A stretch of 37,686 bases of DNA from a virus. Taxonomy: Duplodnaviria; Caudoviricetes. How positions within the stretch are numbered: the stretch's first letter is position 1; every line of letters starts with the position of its first letter. This document shows positions 26,666 through 35,997 of this stretch, piece by piece. A model generated the notes under the pieces. That model made no database searches and was not told the origin of the DNA. It worked only from the letters and a program-made list of their open reading frames with translations. The stretch lies in the IMG/VR virus record IMGVR_UViG_3300028840_002963, positions 1 to 37,686 of that record; one strand, 5' to 3'. A program made the position numbers and the translations under genes.

Positions 26666-27709
26666 ATGGCCGACTATCCGACACGCCCGCCGTATTTTGC
26701 CGCCAAGGCCATCCGCTTAATGGCCAAGACCTGCCTAGCAAATGACATCGGACCGGAGGCAGTATGCCTTTTGACGATGATCGCTCAACAGGAAGATTCG
26801 AAGCGGTATCGCGGCGCGGTGCGATTTTACAACGAGCAGTTGATGCCACTCGTGGGGACCAGGCGCTTCAAAACCTTGGCTGCCTGGCGCCAGCGGGCAA
26901 TCGATGCTGGGTGGCTACACTACGAGAGCCGCGGGCACCAGTCCGGGCTCTACTGGGTGACCGTACCGGAGTCCGCTCTGGGGCTCGAAGACGCCCCCCT
27001 TGACGAGAACCCGGACGAACTTCGATGCGACGCCCAATGGGCGCAAAGCGCCCATGAGTGCGCCCATGGGAACGATTCCCAATGGGCGGAAAGCGCCCAT
27101 CGGAAGGCGGATGACAATGCGCAGGATAAGGCCCAATGGGCGCAAAGCGCCCATGGTAGCGCCCATGGTAGCGCCCATGGTAGCGCCCATGAGTGCGCCC
27201 ATGAGTGCGCCCATGAGGGCGCCCAACTATCTTACCTAAGACCTATACCTATACCTAAAGATAAATGCGCATCTGCTGCGCAGACTGCGCAGAAATCCAA
27301 ATTGGCTGCGCAGACGATCAGGGCCGGGTTCGCCGACTTCTGGAACGACGTCACGCCGAAGGTTGGCAGGCAGCGTGCCGAGAAGCACTACGCCACGGCC
27401 GTCCGTCTACTGGCCAAGGACCACGACGACCCGATCGCCGAAATGGCTCGCCGGTGGCAGGTCTACAAGGCATCAGGCCGCGGTCAGGGGGAGTACGCCT
27501 GGGAACCCTGCGCCTGGCTCCGGGAGCACTACGACGATGACCAGGCGGCCTGGCGGGATCGGAACGGACGTCCGCCGGTCGCACATGAGGATCGGCCGGA
27601 AGATCCAAAGGTGGCTCGTCGCCGCGCGGAATTCCGGGCGCTCCACCCTGAGCGATACGGAAACGAGCAGAGCGTGCAGCCGGCCGGCAAGGGCCGACGA
27701 GCCAACTGA
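26666..27709 (+). CDS. Replication initiator-like protein
   Basis: N-terminal HTH-like domain, central repeat-encoded linker, C-terminal FADFW ... PKVGRQRA ... PCAWL domain; GGAGG RBS at ATG 26666. Confidence 0.75.
   Translation: MADYPTRPPYFAAKAIRLMAKTCLANDIGPEAVCLLTMIAQQEDSKRYRGAVRFYNEQLMPLVGTRRFKTLAAWRQRAIDAGWLHYESRGHQSGLYWVTVPESALGLEDAPLDENPDELRCDAQWAQSAHECAHGNDSQWAESAHRKADDNAQDKAQWAQSAHGSAHGSAHGSAHECAHECAHEGAQLSYLRPIPIPKDKCASAAQTAQKSKLAAQTIRAGFADFWNDVTPKVGRQRAEKHYATAVRLLAKDHDDPIAEMARRWQVYKASGRGQGEYAWEPCAWLREHYDDDQAAWRDRNGRPPVAHEDRPEDPKVARRRAEFRALHPERYGNEQSVQPAGKGRRAN
27031..27225 (+). repeat. Iteron-like repeats, probable replication origin
   Basis: Tandem 12-bp GCGCCCATG(GTA/AGT) units and three ATGGGCG-N-AAAG-CGCCCAT inverted units, followed by an AT-rich tract. 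Confidence 0.75.
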
Positions 27710-27723
27710 GCTAGGAGGGGACG

Positions 27724-27936
27724 ATGAATGAGCCCACCAAGTCCGAATACGAGGCGTATCGAAACGGCGCCATCCTTCAGGCCGTGCTGAAGCGAGTCAA
27801 ATTCCTTGAGCAGTACACAGGCGACCACGAATTTCATCGTGGCTGTCGATTGGCAGCGTCGTTGATTCGTCACGACATCAACCGTGCACGTCAACTGATA
27901 CCAACGAAGCCGCCCGCGGCGGGGGGGGAACGATGA
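27724..27936 (+). CDS. Hypothetical protein
   Basis: AGGAGG RBS; ATGA overlap with the next gene. Confidence 0.6.
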   Translation: MNEPTKSEYEAYRNGAILQAVLKRVKFLEQYTGDHEFHRGCRLAASLIRHDINRARQLIPTKPPAAGGER

Positions 27937-28145
27937 GTGATAAGTGCAGCGGCTGCGGCGCATACACGTTCGCTGAGTGCGTCTGTTATGCACCGACGCA
28001 ATTGCGGGCGCTAGCCGAAGTCGACGAGGATAATGCGGAACTGTTCGAGCAAATCGCCGACGAGATCGAGCGGTTGCGGGCCATCGTCGCCAACATCACC
28101 GAGGAAGCCGCGCGTGCGGCGAGGGGAGAAAACGATGAGTGCTGA
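27933..28145 (+). CDS. Hypothetical protein (Cys-rich N-terminus, ADEIERLR coiled coil)
   Basis: Coupled starts and stops; the ADEIERLR helix is common in small phage early genes. Confidence 0.6.
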   Translation: MSDKCSGCGAYTFAECVCYAPTQLRALAEVDEDNAELFEQIADEIERLRAIVANITEEAARAARGENDEC

Positions 28146-28380
28146 CAACTACATCGTGACTCGCTACCTCGACGACGGTCACCGTCGAGTCGGCTGGTAT
28201 TGGGCCATGGGCTCGGCATCCGACCCCGAACGTCGACTCGACGACCGTGACTTCCACTGGGGACCGTTCGCCACACGCGAACGCGCCATAACCCACGCCT
28301 ACGAAGAGCTATCGGTCATCGAGTACGGAGTCTGGGAAGACCCACCACCTGGAGGTACGGATGATGAGGAGGGCGAGTGA
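28135..28380 (+). CDS. Hypothetical protein
   Basis: GGAG RBS at ATG 28135; WGPFATRERAI motif. Confidence 0.6.
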   Translation: MSADNYIVTRYLDDGHRRVGWYWAMGSASDPERRLDDRDFHWGPFATRERAITHAYEELSVIEYGVWEDPPPGGTDDEEGE

Positions 28381-28526
28381 TGGAACAATGTGCTTCGTGT
28401 GGCGACACAGAAAGCGACCTACAGGCGTGTGCTGGCTGCGGCCTGTTGTTTTGTTATGAGTGCATCGAGTGGTGCCACGACGAGGATGACGAGCCGAACG
28501 GCGATTGGTATTGCGAGAACTGTTAA
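28380..28526 (+). CDS. 48-aa PHD/ADD-like double zinc finger (not in ORF track)
   Basis: MEQCASCGDTESDLQACAGCGLLFCYECIEWCHDEDDEPNGDWYCENC; GGAGG RBS; TGATG overlap. Confidence 0.7.
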   Translation: MEQCASCGDTESDLQACAGCGLLFCYECIEWCHDEDDEPNGDWYCENC

Positions 28527-28555
28527 CGCCGCAGAAGCGGCTCGGAGTATGGATC

Positions 28556-29011
28556 ATGGCGATTAGCTTCATCGTGTACGGCATGCCGCAAACTGCCGGC
28601 AGTAAGCGTGCGTTTCCGTTCCACCGTAAGGATGGCTCGCAAGGTGTGCGTGTCACCGACGACAACCCCAGGACAAAAAACTGGCAAGCGTGTGTCCGAG
28701 ACGCAGCGGTGAAAGTGTTTCAGCACGAGCTGATGTCAGGGCCGCTTTTCATGGAGTTGCGGTTTGTTTTACCTCGTCCGAAAGGTCACTTCGGGACCGG
28801 TCGGAATGCCACGAAACTCAAAGCCAGTGCGCCTGCCTGGCCCGACAAAAAACCAGACTGCACCAAACTCGTGCGTGCTGTTGAGGATGCACTGACCGGT
28901 ATCGTCTGGCGTGACGACGCGCAAATCGTCAACCAGTTCGTCGAGAAGCAGTACGGCGAACCGGCACGCGTCGAAATCCTAATCGGAGCAATGAATGGGC
29001 ACGAGGCCTGA
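28556..29011 (+). CDS. rusA: RusA-like Holliday junction resolvase
   Basis: KKPDCTKLVRAVEDALTGIVWRDDAQIV motif; start ATG 28556. Confidence 0.88.
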   Translation: MAISFIVYGMPQTAGSKRAFPFHRKDGSQGVRVTDDNPRTKNWQACVRDAAVKVFQHELMSGPLFMELRFVLPRPKGHFGTGRNATKLKASAPAWPDKKPDCTKLVRAVEDALTGIVWRDDAQIVNQFVEKQYGEPARVEILIGAMNGHEA

Positions 29012-29159
29012 TCTTGTACTTCCTGACCCAGCTGAGCAGCTCATCTACCGCGCCAACGTCGGCCTATTCCGACCCGCCGTCGCCGCAATTGTTCGGTCCA
29101 AACACTTCCCGCCCAACCCGTTCTCCTCCCCTTCCTCCCCTACTAGCCGAGGTCTCATC

Positions 29160-29501
29160 ATGCACAACGGCCACCCCCCGACCATCCAGTTTCCCGACGT
29201 CCTCGCGCAAAAGCGCCACGCTCAAGCCCAAGTAAACAATCTCGTCATCCAAAGCGCCGCGCAAAACCTCGCCGCGCTCGTCCACAAGATCCCTGATCGC
29301 CGGGTCGACGAGTCCGACCAAAGCTATCTCCTACGTGTCACACCACACACCCAAGCTCTCGCCGCCCTGTCCCATCACGCCACCCTCACGCTCCTCGACC
29401 AGCTTGGCGTAATCAAAATACAACGCCCAACCGAAAGCACCGACAACCCGCCACCCGCACCGCCAACCGCGCCACCGCCACCGGTGCCACCGTTATCGTG
29501 A
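29160..29501 (+). CDS. Hypothetical protein with Pro-rich tail
   Basis: GAGG RBS at ATG 29160; GTGA overlap with the next gene. Confidence 0.55.
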   Translation: MHNGHPPTIQFPDVLAQKRHAQAQVNNLVIQSAAQNLAALVHKIPDRRVDESDQSYLLRVTPHTQALAALSHHATLTLLDQLGVIKIQRPTESTDNPPPAPPTAPPPPVPPLS

Positions 29502-29854
29502 AAAACCGACCTTATGCCCCAACAAAAGCCGCCGACCAACTCGGCCGATTCGTAGCCGTTGCTGCCTCCCGCGGACTTTGGCCCCAAATACGACTGGCTA
29601 TCGACCGCGCAGAGGCCAAGATGCACGGTGGTCCACTCGCCAATGGACAATCGGTCCCGCTGGATCATCCGGCCCTCGGACTCTCTCGTTACATCGTCCG
29701 CCGCCTCCGATTCCACCACATCGCTACCATCGAGGACCTCGAACACGAAGAGGAGGATTACCTCGCCACGCTGAAGGGCCTCGATGAGGCCGACCGCTGC
29801 CAGATTCGCACTGCCATCGCCAAATATCACGATACCGAAAAAAAACTGCCCTAA
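29498..29854 (+). CDS. Protein with RNA polymerase alpha-CTD-like HhH domain
   Basis: LGLSRYIVRRLRFHHIATIEDLEHEEEDYLATLKGLD ... QIRTAI follows the alpha-CTD pattern. Confidence 0.6.
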   Translation: MKNRPYAPTKAADQLGRFVAVAASRGLWPQIRLAIDRAEAKMHGGPLANGQSVPLDHPALGLSRYIVRRLRFHHIATIEDLEHEEEDYLATLKGLDEADRCQIRTAIAKYHDTEKKLP

Positions 29855-29894
29855 TTGCGTTCCCCTATTTCCCGATTTCCGTATCGTGGGAGTA

Positions 29895-30455
29895 ATGCAG
29901 CCCCCCAATACTCGGTATCTCCGCGACGCCCTGCCCGAAATCCAAGACGGTGACTTGCTGCTATTCCGTCGCCGCCGCAGTCCAATTGCCCGCCTGGGCC
30001 GCGGCCTTTACTGCCACGCTGCCATGGTCATCTGGACCCACGGCCTCCCGATGATCGCAGAAATGCGCTGGTCCGGCGGCCGGCTCGTCACCCTCGAAAG
30101 CCAGGTGATCCGCTACCCAGCCCGCGTCGACCACTACGCCGCCAACGCCACCGCCAACACCGCCTGGTCGCCTCACCGGGCCGTCCGCCACATGCTCCGT
30201 ACCGCCGGCCGCCCGTACAATTGGCTCGGCATTCTGGCCGCCGTCGCCCGCCGGCTCCCCGGCCTCCGCCTCATCCTCCCGCCGGATATCGACGACTCCG
30301 CGACCAACCGGCGGCCATTGTTTTGCTCGCAGGCCGTTGCCTGGGCCTCGCGCGCCGCTGGCGTCGATCCCGTCCCCAACCTCGCCGACCGCGCGACCGA
30401 ACCATGCGACCTCGCCCGCTCTACCTTTTACGCCTACCGATGCACGCTCGTCTAA
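29895..30455 (+). CDS. Permuted papain-like NlpC/P60 (YiiX/YebB-like) enzyme
   Basis: QDGDLLLF, YCHAAM (His first), GRPYNW, LFCSQAV (Cys last); start ATG 29895. Confidence 0.82.
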   Translation: MQPPNTRYLRDALPEIQDGDLLLFRRRRSPIARLGRGLYCHAAMVIWTHGLPMIAEMRWSGGRLVTLESQVIRYPARVDHYAANATANTAWSPHRAVRHMLRTAGRPYNWLGILAAVARRLPGLRLILPPDIDDSATNRRPLFCSQAVAWASRAAGVDPVPNLADRATEPCDLARSTFYAYRCTLV

Positions 30456-31456
30456 TCGCCGCCTTTGTCGCCGTCCTCCTGGTCCTGCCGGCCCAAGCCG
30501 CCACGCCGCGCCCGGGAGTCGTCCGCTTGTCGGTCCCGGAAGGGCACGGCATCACTGCCCACGGCTCCGGCACCATCGTCGGGAAGACCACCGACCACGC
30601 CTTCATCCTCACGGCTTACCACGTCATTGCCCCGGCGGTCTACGTCGCCAGCAATCACTGGCCGATTCGCATTGACACCACGAGCCAGTGGACGACCGGA
30701 CGCGTCGCGTTCAGCAATTCCACGTGGGACGTTGCGATCGTTGAGGCTGGTCAGCTCGCCGACCAAGTCATCGAGGTCAGGACCGACCGACCGAATCCAG
30801 GTGAATGGCTCGCCGTCGCCGGCTACGGAACCGGTGATTACCGAGAGCGATGGGGACAAGCGCGAAAGTACCTGCTTCCAGCCGTCGGTCATCCGCCGGA
30901 CTGGGTCGAGATCACCGCCGCTGTTCGCCAGGGTGATTCCGGCGGACCGGTGTTTGACCGCAACGGTCGCCTCGTCGCCGTCCTCTGGGGCTGTGGACCA
31001 GAGGGCACTGCGGCGACCATCGGGACTCGCCTCAAAGTCATCTGGCAAACGGCCTGCCGCAACGGGCTGACCTGCCGGCCACGCTGGCTGATACCAGCCC
31101 CATCTACGACCTGCCCGCCGGCTATCTGTCCGGCAATCCCCGCCGCGCAGGCCCCGGCACCTCCGGACACACCAGCCGTCAGTTCGGATGGCACAGCCGA
31201 ACCCGGTGCGCCCGGACCACAAGGACCACAGGGCCTGCGCGGTCCCGCCGGACCGACCGGACCCACCGGTCCACCCGGTCCCCCAGGTCCCAAAGGCCAG
31301 GACGCCACCATCGACCTCGACCAGCTCGCCGCCGCCGTCGCCGCTCGTCTCCAACCCATCACCATCAACCTGCGCAACGCCAACCGAGAAATCATCAGCA
31401 CCCAGACCCGCCGACTCGGCGAGGCCTTCGACCTCCGGCTGGTGCCGGTCGAGTAG
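30440..31456 (+). CDS. Secreted trypsin-like serine protease with collagen-like repeat
   Basis: Signal peptide ending AQA; LTAYH, DVA and GDSGGP triad; about 11 G-X-Y triplets; start ATG 30440. Confidence 0.88.
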   Translation: MHARLIAAFVAVLLVLPAQAATPRPGVVRLSVPEGHGITAHGSGTIVGKTTDHAFILTAYHVIAPAVYVASNHWPIRIDTTSQWTTGRVAFSNSTWDVAIVEAGQLADQVIEVRTDRPNPGEWLAVAGYGTGDYRERWGQARKYLLPAVGHPPDWVEITAAVRQGDSGGPVFDRNGRLVAVLWGCGPEGTAATIGTRLKVIWQTACRNGLTCRPRWLIPAPSTTCPPAICPAIPAAQAPAPPDTPAVSSDGTAEPGAPGPQGPQGLRGPAGPTGPTGPPGPPGPKGQDATIDLDQLAAAVAARLQPITINLRNANREIISTQTRRLGEAFDLRLVPVE

Positions 31457-31459
31457 CAC

Positions 31460-31783
31460 ATGGCTGACCAACCGCCAACGCTCGATATCCCAACCCCCGG
31501 CGACTCATCGCCGACCACACCTGTAGAAGGAACCGAAACCATGACCGAATCCGACGTCGCCCTCCTGAAGCTCCGCATCCACGAGAGTGCAGCCGCCGCG
31601 CACGCCCGCCGGACCGACGGCGCGGATGCTTACGCCGAAAATCTCCGGTATGACTACCTCGAGGGCAAGCACAACGTGAGTTTCATGGAAGGCACCGGCC
31701 AGCGGCTGGTAACTGAGGCCGGCGCCGGTCGGACCCGCGCCGAAACCAACCGACCGGAGTCCACCAGCGCCGCTGGCGGCTAA
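31460..31783 (+). CDS. Hypothetical protein
   Basis: Co-oriented ORF with phage codon usage; start may be 31541. Confidence 0.55.
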   Translation: MADQPPTLDIPTPGDSSPTTPVEGTETMTESDVALLKLRIHESAAAAHARRTDGADAYAENLRYDYLEGKHNVSFMEGTGQRLVTEAGAGRTRAETNRPESTSAAGG

Positions 31784-31904
31784 CCCATGGACCCTGACGC
31801 CCGCGCCCTTGCCCGCCGGTACGCCTTCAGCACCCACACGCACGCTGACCATGTGAAGGCCGAGGCCGCAAGGGCACGGGCACACCTTGCGGAATTCCTG
31901 CCCG

Positions 31905-32252
31905 ATGACACCGACACCGCTCCAGTGGCTCACGAAGAAATGGGGGGGGACTCGCCTGGCCCACGAAGCGGTCTTACTGGAGGACGCCCGCGAGGTCCTG
32001 CGGACTAACCGCGCAAAAACGGCCGCCAGTTCCGCTTCCCCGGAGGACTCCGACTTGCACGTCGGCGATGTCACCATAAACAACGCTCCCTCAACCGGCA
32101 CGAACTGGAAACCCGCCGCCGCGCTCGCTGCCGCCCTGGCCGCCGGCGGCCTAGGCTACCTACTCGGCCAACCCAACGCCGAGACCATCGACACCGACAC
32201 CGACACTAAATACCGCCTCGAATTCGTCACGCCAGAGGACCCTGCGCCATGA
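31905..32252 (+). CDS. Hypothetical membrane-anchored protein
   Basis: Hydrophobic AAALAAALAAGGLGYLL segment; ATGA overlap with the next gene. Confidence 0.55.
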   Translation: MTPTPLQWLTKKWGGTRLAHEAVLLEDAREVLRTNRAKTAASSASPEDSDLHVGDVTINNAPSTGTNWKPAAALAAALAAGGLGYLLGQPNAETIDTDTDTKYRLEFVTPEDPAP

Positions 32253-32503
32253 GATTATTCGCCCTTGCAGCCGTCGCCCTCGCAACCGTTTGCCTCCTGC
32301 TCGTCAGCGCCACCACTGCCGCGCCGATTTGCTGTCCGGGCCAATCCTGCTATCTCTATGCCGTCCCCGCCCCGCCGATCCTTGCTCCGCTGCCGCGCGT
32401 TCCTGTCTGGACCGCACGGCCCCGCCCTTTCCTCGGTGGATACGCGCTCCGCCTTCGTTATCTGCCTGTTGTTACCGTTCAAGCAAACCCACCGAACCAA
32501 TAA
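32249..32503 (+). CDS. Small secreted Pro-rich protein
   Basis: N-terminal signal-peptide-like hydrophobic stretch. Confidence 0.55.
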   Translation: MRLFALAAVALATVCLLLVSATTAAPICCPGQSCYLYAVPAPPILAPLPRVPVWTARPRPFLGGYALRLRYLPVVTVQANPPNQ

Positions 32504-32506
32504 CCG

Positions 32507-32866
32507 ATGAACCGCCCGCCGCTCGGTCTCACCCTGGCGGCGCGGTTCATCTCCGCGCGCGACGGTGATACCCAAGTCTACTCCCTGCTCGACGGCCGCT
32601 TCCGGCCAGCCATCCGACTCATCGGCGTCGACTGCCCGGAAGCCCACACCGACGCCGGCCGCGCCGCTACCCGCTTCGTTGTAAATTTGCTCGAAAACAC
32701 CCTCGATATCACCGTTCACATTCCAACCCCTCGAAACGTCGCCAATCTCCTCGCCAACCTGTCCTTTGACCGCCTACCCGGCTACGTCTTCCTCGGCCCC
32801 CACCGCACGCTCCAGGATGCCCTCCTAAACACTGGACATGCCATTCGTACAAAGACGAGACCATGA
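32507..32866 (+). CDS. Thermonuclease (SNase)-like protein
   Basis: DGDT and IRLIGVDCPE motifs, FDR and LLNTGHA ending. Confidence 0.78.
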   Translation: MNRPPLGLTLAARFISARDGDTQVYSLLDGRFRPAIRLIGVDCPEAHTDAGRAATRFVVNLLENTLDITVHIPTPRNVANLLANLSFDRLPGYVFLGPHRTLQDALLNTGHAIRTKTRP

Positions 32867-33111
32867 ACCCCGACGTCGCACAAACCATCCAGGCGGTCGC
32901 CATTGCAATCGTAAGCCTCATCGCCACTGCCGCCGTGCCATGGTGCATAAAAATTGAGCGGCGTCTGTCGCATATCGAATCTGGTCTGACTGAACAAATG
33001 AATGCCGTTACGCACGACGTTATCAACATTGACCAACGGCTCCATAAAATCGAACTAGAACACGCTCGATATGCTCCGCTTTGTCGCGCCGAGCGTGACA
33101 AACAATCCTAA
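32863..33111 (+). CDS. Holin-like single-TM protein with coiled coil
   Basis: N-terminal TM helix followed by IERRLSHIE heptads. Confidence 0.5.
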   Translation: MNPDVAQTIQAVAIAIVSLIATAAVPWCIKIERRLSHIESGLTEQMNAVTHDVINIDQRLHKIELEHARYAPLCRAERDKQS

Positions 33112-33127
33112 ACATCACGAGGACACC

Positions 33128-33472
33128 ATGAATAACATGAATCGGGACTTAGCCAAGCAAATCCTGACCATTGCAGTGGACGCCCAGCTAAGCGATGCGC
33201 TACAGACAGAAGGTTTTGCCTTCGGGACGATTTTTATGCCGGCAACGGACGTCATGGATGGCGACGCGCTCACCTTCTGGGGCTGTGATGTCGAAGGCGG
33301 GACCTATCGGGAACTCAAGGATAAGGATTCTGCGGCCGTCACGATTGACCCCGTGGCGTATCTTGAAGCGTATCCGCTGCCGCTCGAGGTCTTTTCCTGC
33401 CCGTATGTCAAAGTCAAATCGGATGCGGCTGAAACGGCCGGTCTGACACTGATTGTCACGCTGAGCAGCTGA
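33128..33472 (+). CDS. Hypothetical beta-rich virion-associated protein
   Basis: GAGGA RBS at ATG 33128; YVKVKS motif. Confidence 0.6.
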   Translation: MNNMNRDLAKQILTIAVDAQLSDALQTEGFAFGTIFMPATDVMDGDALTFWGCDVEGGTYRELKDKDSAAVTIDPVAYLEAYPLPLEVFSCPYVKVKSDAAETAGLTLIVTLSS

Positions 33473-33525
33473 CGCCACCACCTTGCTAGTTAGATAGCGC
33501 CGATGAGTGAAGGAGAGTAGGCCAA

Positions 33526-35988
33526 ATGGCTGATACCGCAGCGCCAGTTGCGAGCATTGATGCGACCGGCAACATCCTGACGATTGCCTGGACGTTGATC
33601 AGCGGCTCGTGGGATGCCGGTTCGATCGCTGTCAACACAGCGAAGGAGTTGTCGGTCGTGGTCGATTCCGGTGGCGACGACGAAAGAACGATTGGTGCGA
33701 TCCTCGACCCGCTAAATTCCGAGCCAGCGATAGACAATGACGTTGGTACAAATGATCGGGTTACGATCAAGGCGTACTTGAGTGGCGACGCTCATGGCCA
33801 CCCAGAGTACGACACGGCGTTTGGCAGCGAGGCCGTTGCGATCAACATCGCGGAAGAGGGTGTTGTCTACGACGCCAGCTACGACACGGCGCCTGCGTCG
33901 AGCGGTGCGGTGACGAACAATTCTACGGCGGTGAAGCCGAAACCAATTTTCTGCTGGTGGACTGTCCCGAAACAGTATCACACGTCTACGACTCTCGACA
34001 TCTATTTTTGTGCGTTTCACAAACACGGAATTGACATTGCAAGCTCGGCTGTAGTGCTCACCGACGCAAACAGCGATACATATCAGGCGACCATTACAAA
34101 GCAGACGATGGCCCGCGAGGGGGCATACGGGCCAGCCTCGCAGTACAGCGTCTACCGCGCGAGGTTTGATATCACTGGCGCCACTGCCGGTGCGGCTGCG
34201 GCAAAGGCGACGGTTAAGGCCACGGTGGCCGGCACCGATTACATCACTGGCACCGAAACGTTGCCAGATTTGCCGGTGTATATTGACCTCGCAGACGCTT
34301 TCCCAACCACCACTGCCTTTGTCGACAGTTCGTATTCGCTGGCCGTTACTGACGTAGCTGGCGGCACGTTCGGTGAGCTGACAATGGTGGTCGGTGGCAC
34401 AAGCGGTGCAAAAGCTGTTACTAATCCAGGCAGCGCCGGCAGCGGCACGCTTACGATTACACCGTTCACGAACACGGAATTCCAGGCAGACGAGACCGTA
34501 ACCGAATACGATCTGCACGGCAATGCAACTGGTGTCACGGCCACAGCGTCTGGGGCCGAAACAAGTAATGCGTCCGGCAGTCCGGTGCTCGGGGACACCA
34601 ACAACCCGTACGACAGCATTAGTGATGCCATAATGGCAATCAGGACATGGGTCAATGGTCAAGCTGGTGGACATGGGATGCAGTGCGCGGGAAGCACGGT
34701 CTACCTAAAGGCTGGAGTCCACTGTCGTAATGGACGCGGGTCGTCAAATTCGTCTTCTGTCGATAACGATCATTATCTGTTCGTTACACGCGAAGCCGGG
34801 TTGGATAAAGCTGATGTGATTCTTACGTGCGAAAACACCAGCGTGCTTGGCAGCGGCCCGTGCATGAGAGTCATGAAGCATTTTGGTGTTACGATCCAAT
34901 TTTTAGACAGCACAACTGCGAGAAAATTCTACAATTTCGGCTCTGGGCAAACTGTTTACCAGTGGATCGACGATTGTGAATTCAAGTGGTGGGGCAGTAG
35001 TGCGTCAGGTGTGCCCACGGACTGGAGTGCGTACTGTTACAATCTAGCGATAACAAACACATATGTGCATGATTTCGGTGCAACAGGAAGCAACAATAAT
35101 TTTCTCCAGGATTCAACAAACACGTTGGCTGGTACATTCTTGATTTTGCGGGACCTTGAAGTAGATTACGCTGGGGCAGACGGCGATCAATTGTATCTTG
35201 GCGGCAATCCTTCCGGCGATGTATTGCTGTGCAATGTGTCGACGAACCAGCTTCAAGGCGCATTCGCTGGGCACCATTCGGACTGCTTTCAAACCTACAG
35301 GGCCGTTAACAATGTCATCATTTACAACTGGAAGGTAACAAAAGAACAATATCAGGGAGTCTATTTTGAGGGTGCCGGTTACGCTCAAAATAATATCGCA
35401 CTTGTAAATATCATCCTCGAAGACATCGACGACACCGATATGGGCTTTGATGGTCCCGCCCAATTCGGTGCAGATATGGATCATATTCTCTGGCTTAACG
35501 TGACTGCCGTAGCGTCGACGACTCGTGACGGATTGTGGTCCCGTGGCTGGACTATGTACACCGCGACTAACTGGTCCGTTCGCAATTGTTACATGCACGC
35601 GTCTGCGGCGAATGTGTGGGACCGCGTAAATTGGCACCCTAGTCTGGAGAGCATGGTTGTCAATTCGCACTGGAGAACCGGAGAGACCACTGCTGGGATC
35701 CGCGTCGACGCGAGCGGGGCGAATCTATCTGATCTATTTGATGATGTAACATCCGATGCGATGACCGCTGCCGCCGGTGCTGGTGGCGACGACTGGATAC
35801 CAACCGTGGGCGAAGCCCTGACCGGTCGTTTATTGACTCGCGACCTGATCGACGGTGTTGACTATGACATTTACGGTACTGCGTGGGCCGTTGGCGGCGC
35901 CGTGGGGGCCGTCAATGTCCTCGCTGGTACGCCCGATGATGATGCGTACGACAGCAACCGCCACCGCCAACAACTCCTCCGACCCTAA
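33526..35988 (+). CDS. Tailspike/depolymerase-like protein with right-handed beta-helix
   Basis: 820 aa; PYDSISDA ... TVYLKAG cap, Asn-ladder repeats, HSDCFQ; AAGGAG RBS. Confidence 0.65.
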   Translation: MADTAAPVASIDATGNILTIAWTLISGSWDAGSIAVNTAKELSVVVDSGGDDERTIGAILDPLNSEPAIDNDVGTNDRVTIKAYLSGDAHGHPEYDTAFGSEAVAINIAEEGVVYDASYDTAPASSGAVTNNSTAVKPKPIFCWWTVPKQYHTSTTLDIYFCAFHKHGIDIASSAVVLTDANSDTYQATITKQTMAREGAYGPASQYSVYRARFDITGATAGAAAAKATVKATVAGTDYITGTETLPDLPVYIDLADAFPTTTAFVDSSYSLAVTDVAGGTFGELTMVVGGTSGAKAVTNPGSAGSGTLTITPFTNTEFQADETVTEYDLHGNATGVTATASGAETSNASGSPVLGDTNNPYDSISDAIMAIRTWVNGQAGGHGMQCAGSTVYLKAGVHCRNGRGSSNSSSVDNDHYLFVTREAGLDKADVILTCENTSVLGSGPCMRVMKHFGVTIQFLDSTTARKFYNFGSGQTVYQWIDDCEFKWWGSSASGVPTDWSAYCYNLAITNTYVHDFGATGSNNNFLQDSTNTLAGTFLILRDLEVDYAGADGDQLYLGGNPSGDVLLCNVSTNQLQGAFAGHHSDCFQTYRAVNNVIIYNWKVTKEQYQGVYFEGAGYAQNNIALVNIILEDIDDTDMGFDGPAQFGADMDHILWLNVTAVASTTRDGLWSRGWTMYTATNWSVRNCYMHASAANVWDRVNWHPSLESMVVNSHWRTGETTAGIRVDASGANLSDLFDDVTSDAMTAAAGAGGDDWIPTVGEALTGRLLTRDLIDGVDYDIYGTAWAVGGAVGAVNVLAGTPDDDAYDSNRHRQQLLRP

Positions 35989-35997
35989 GGCCAGACA

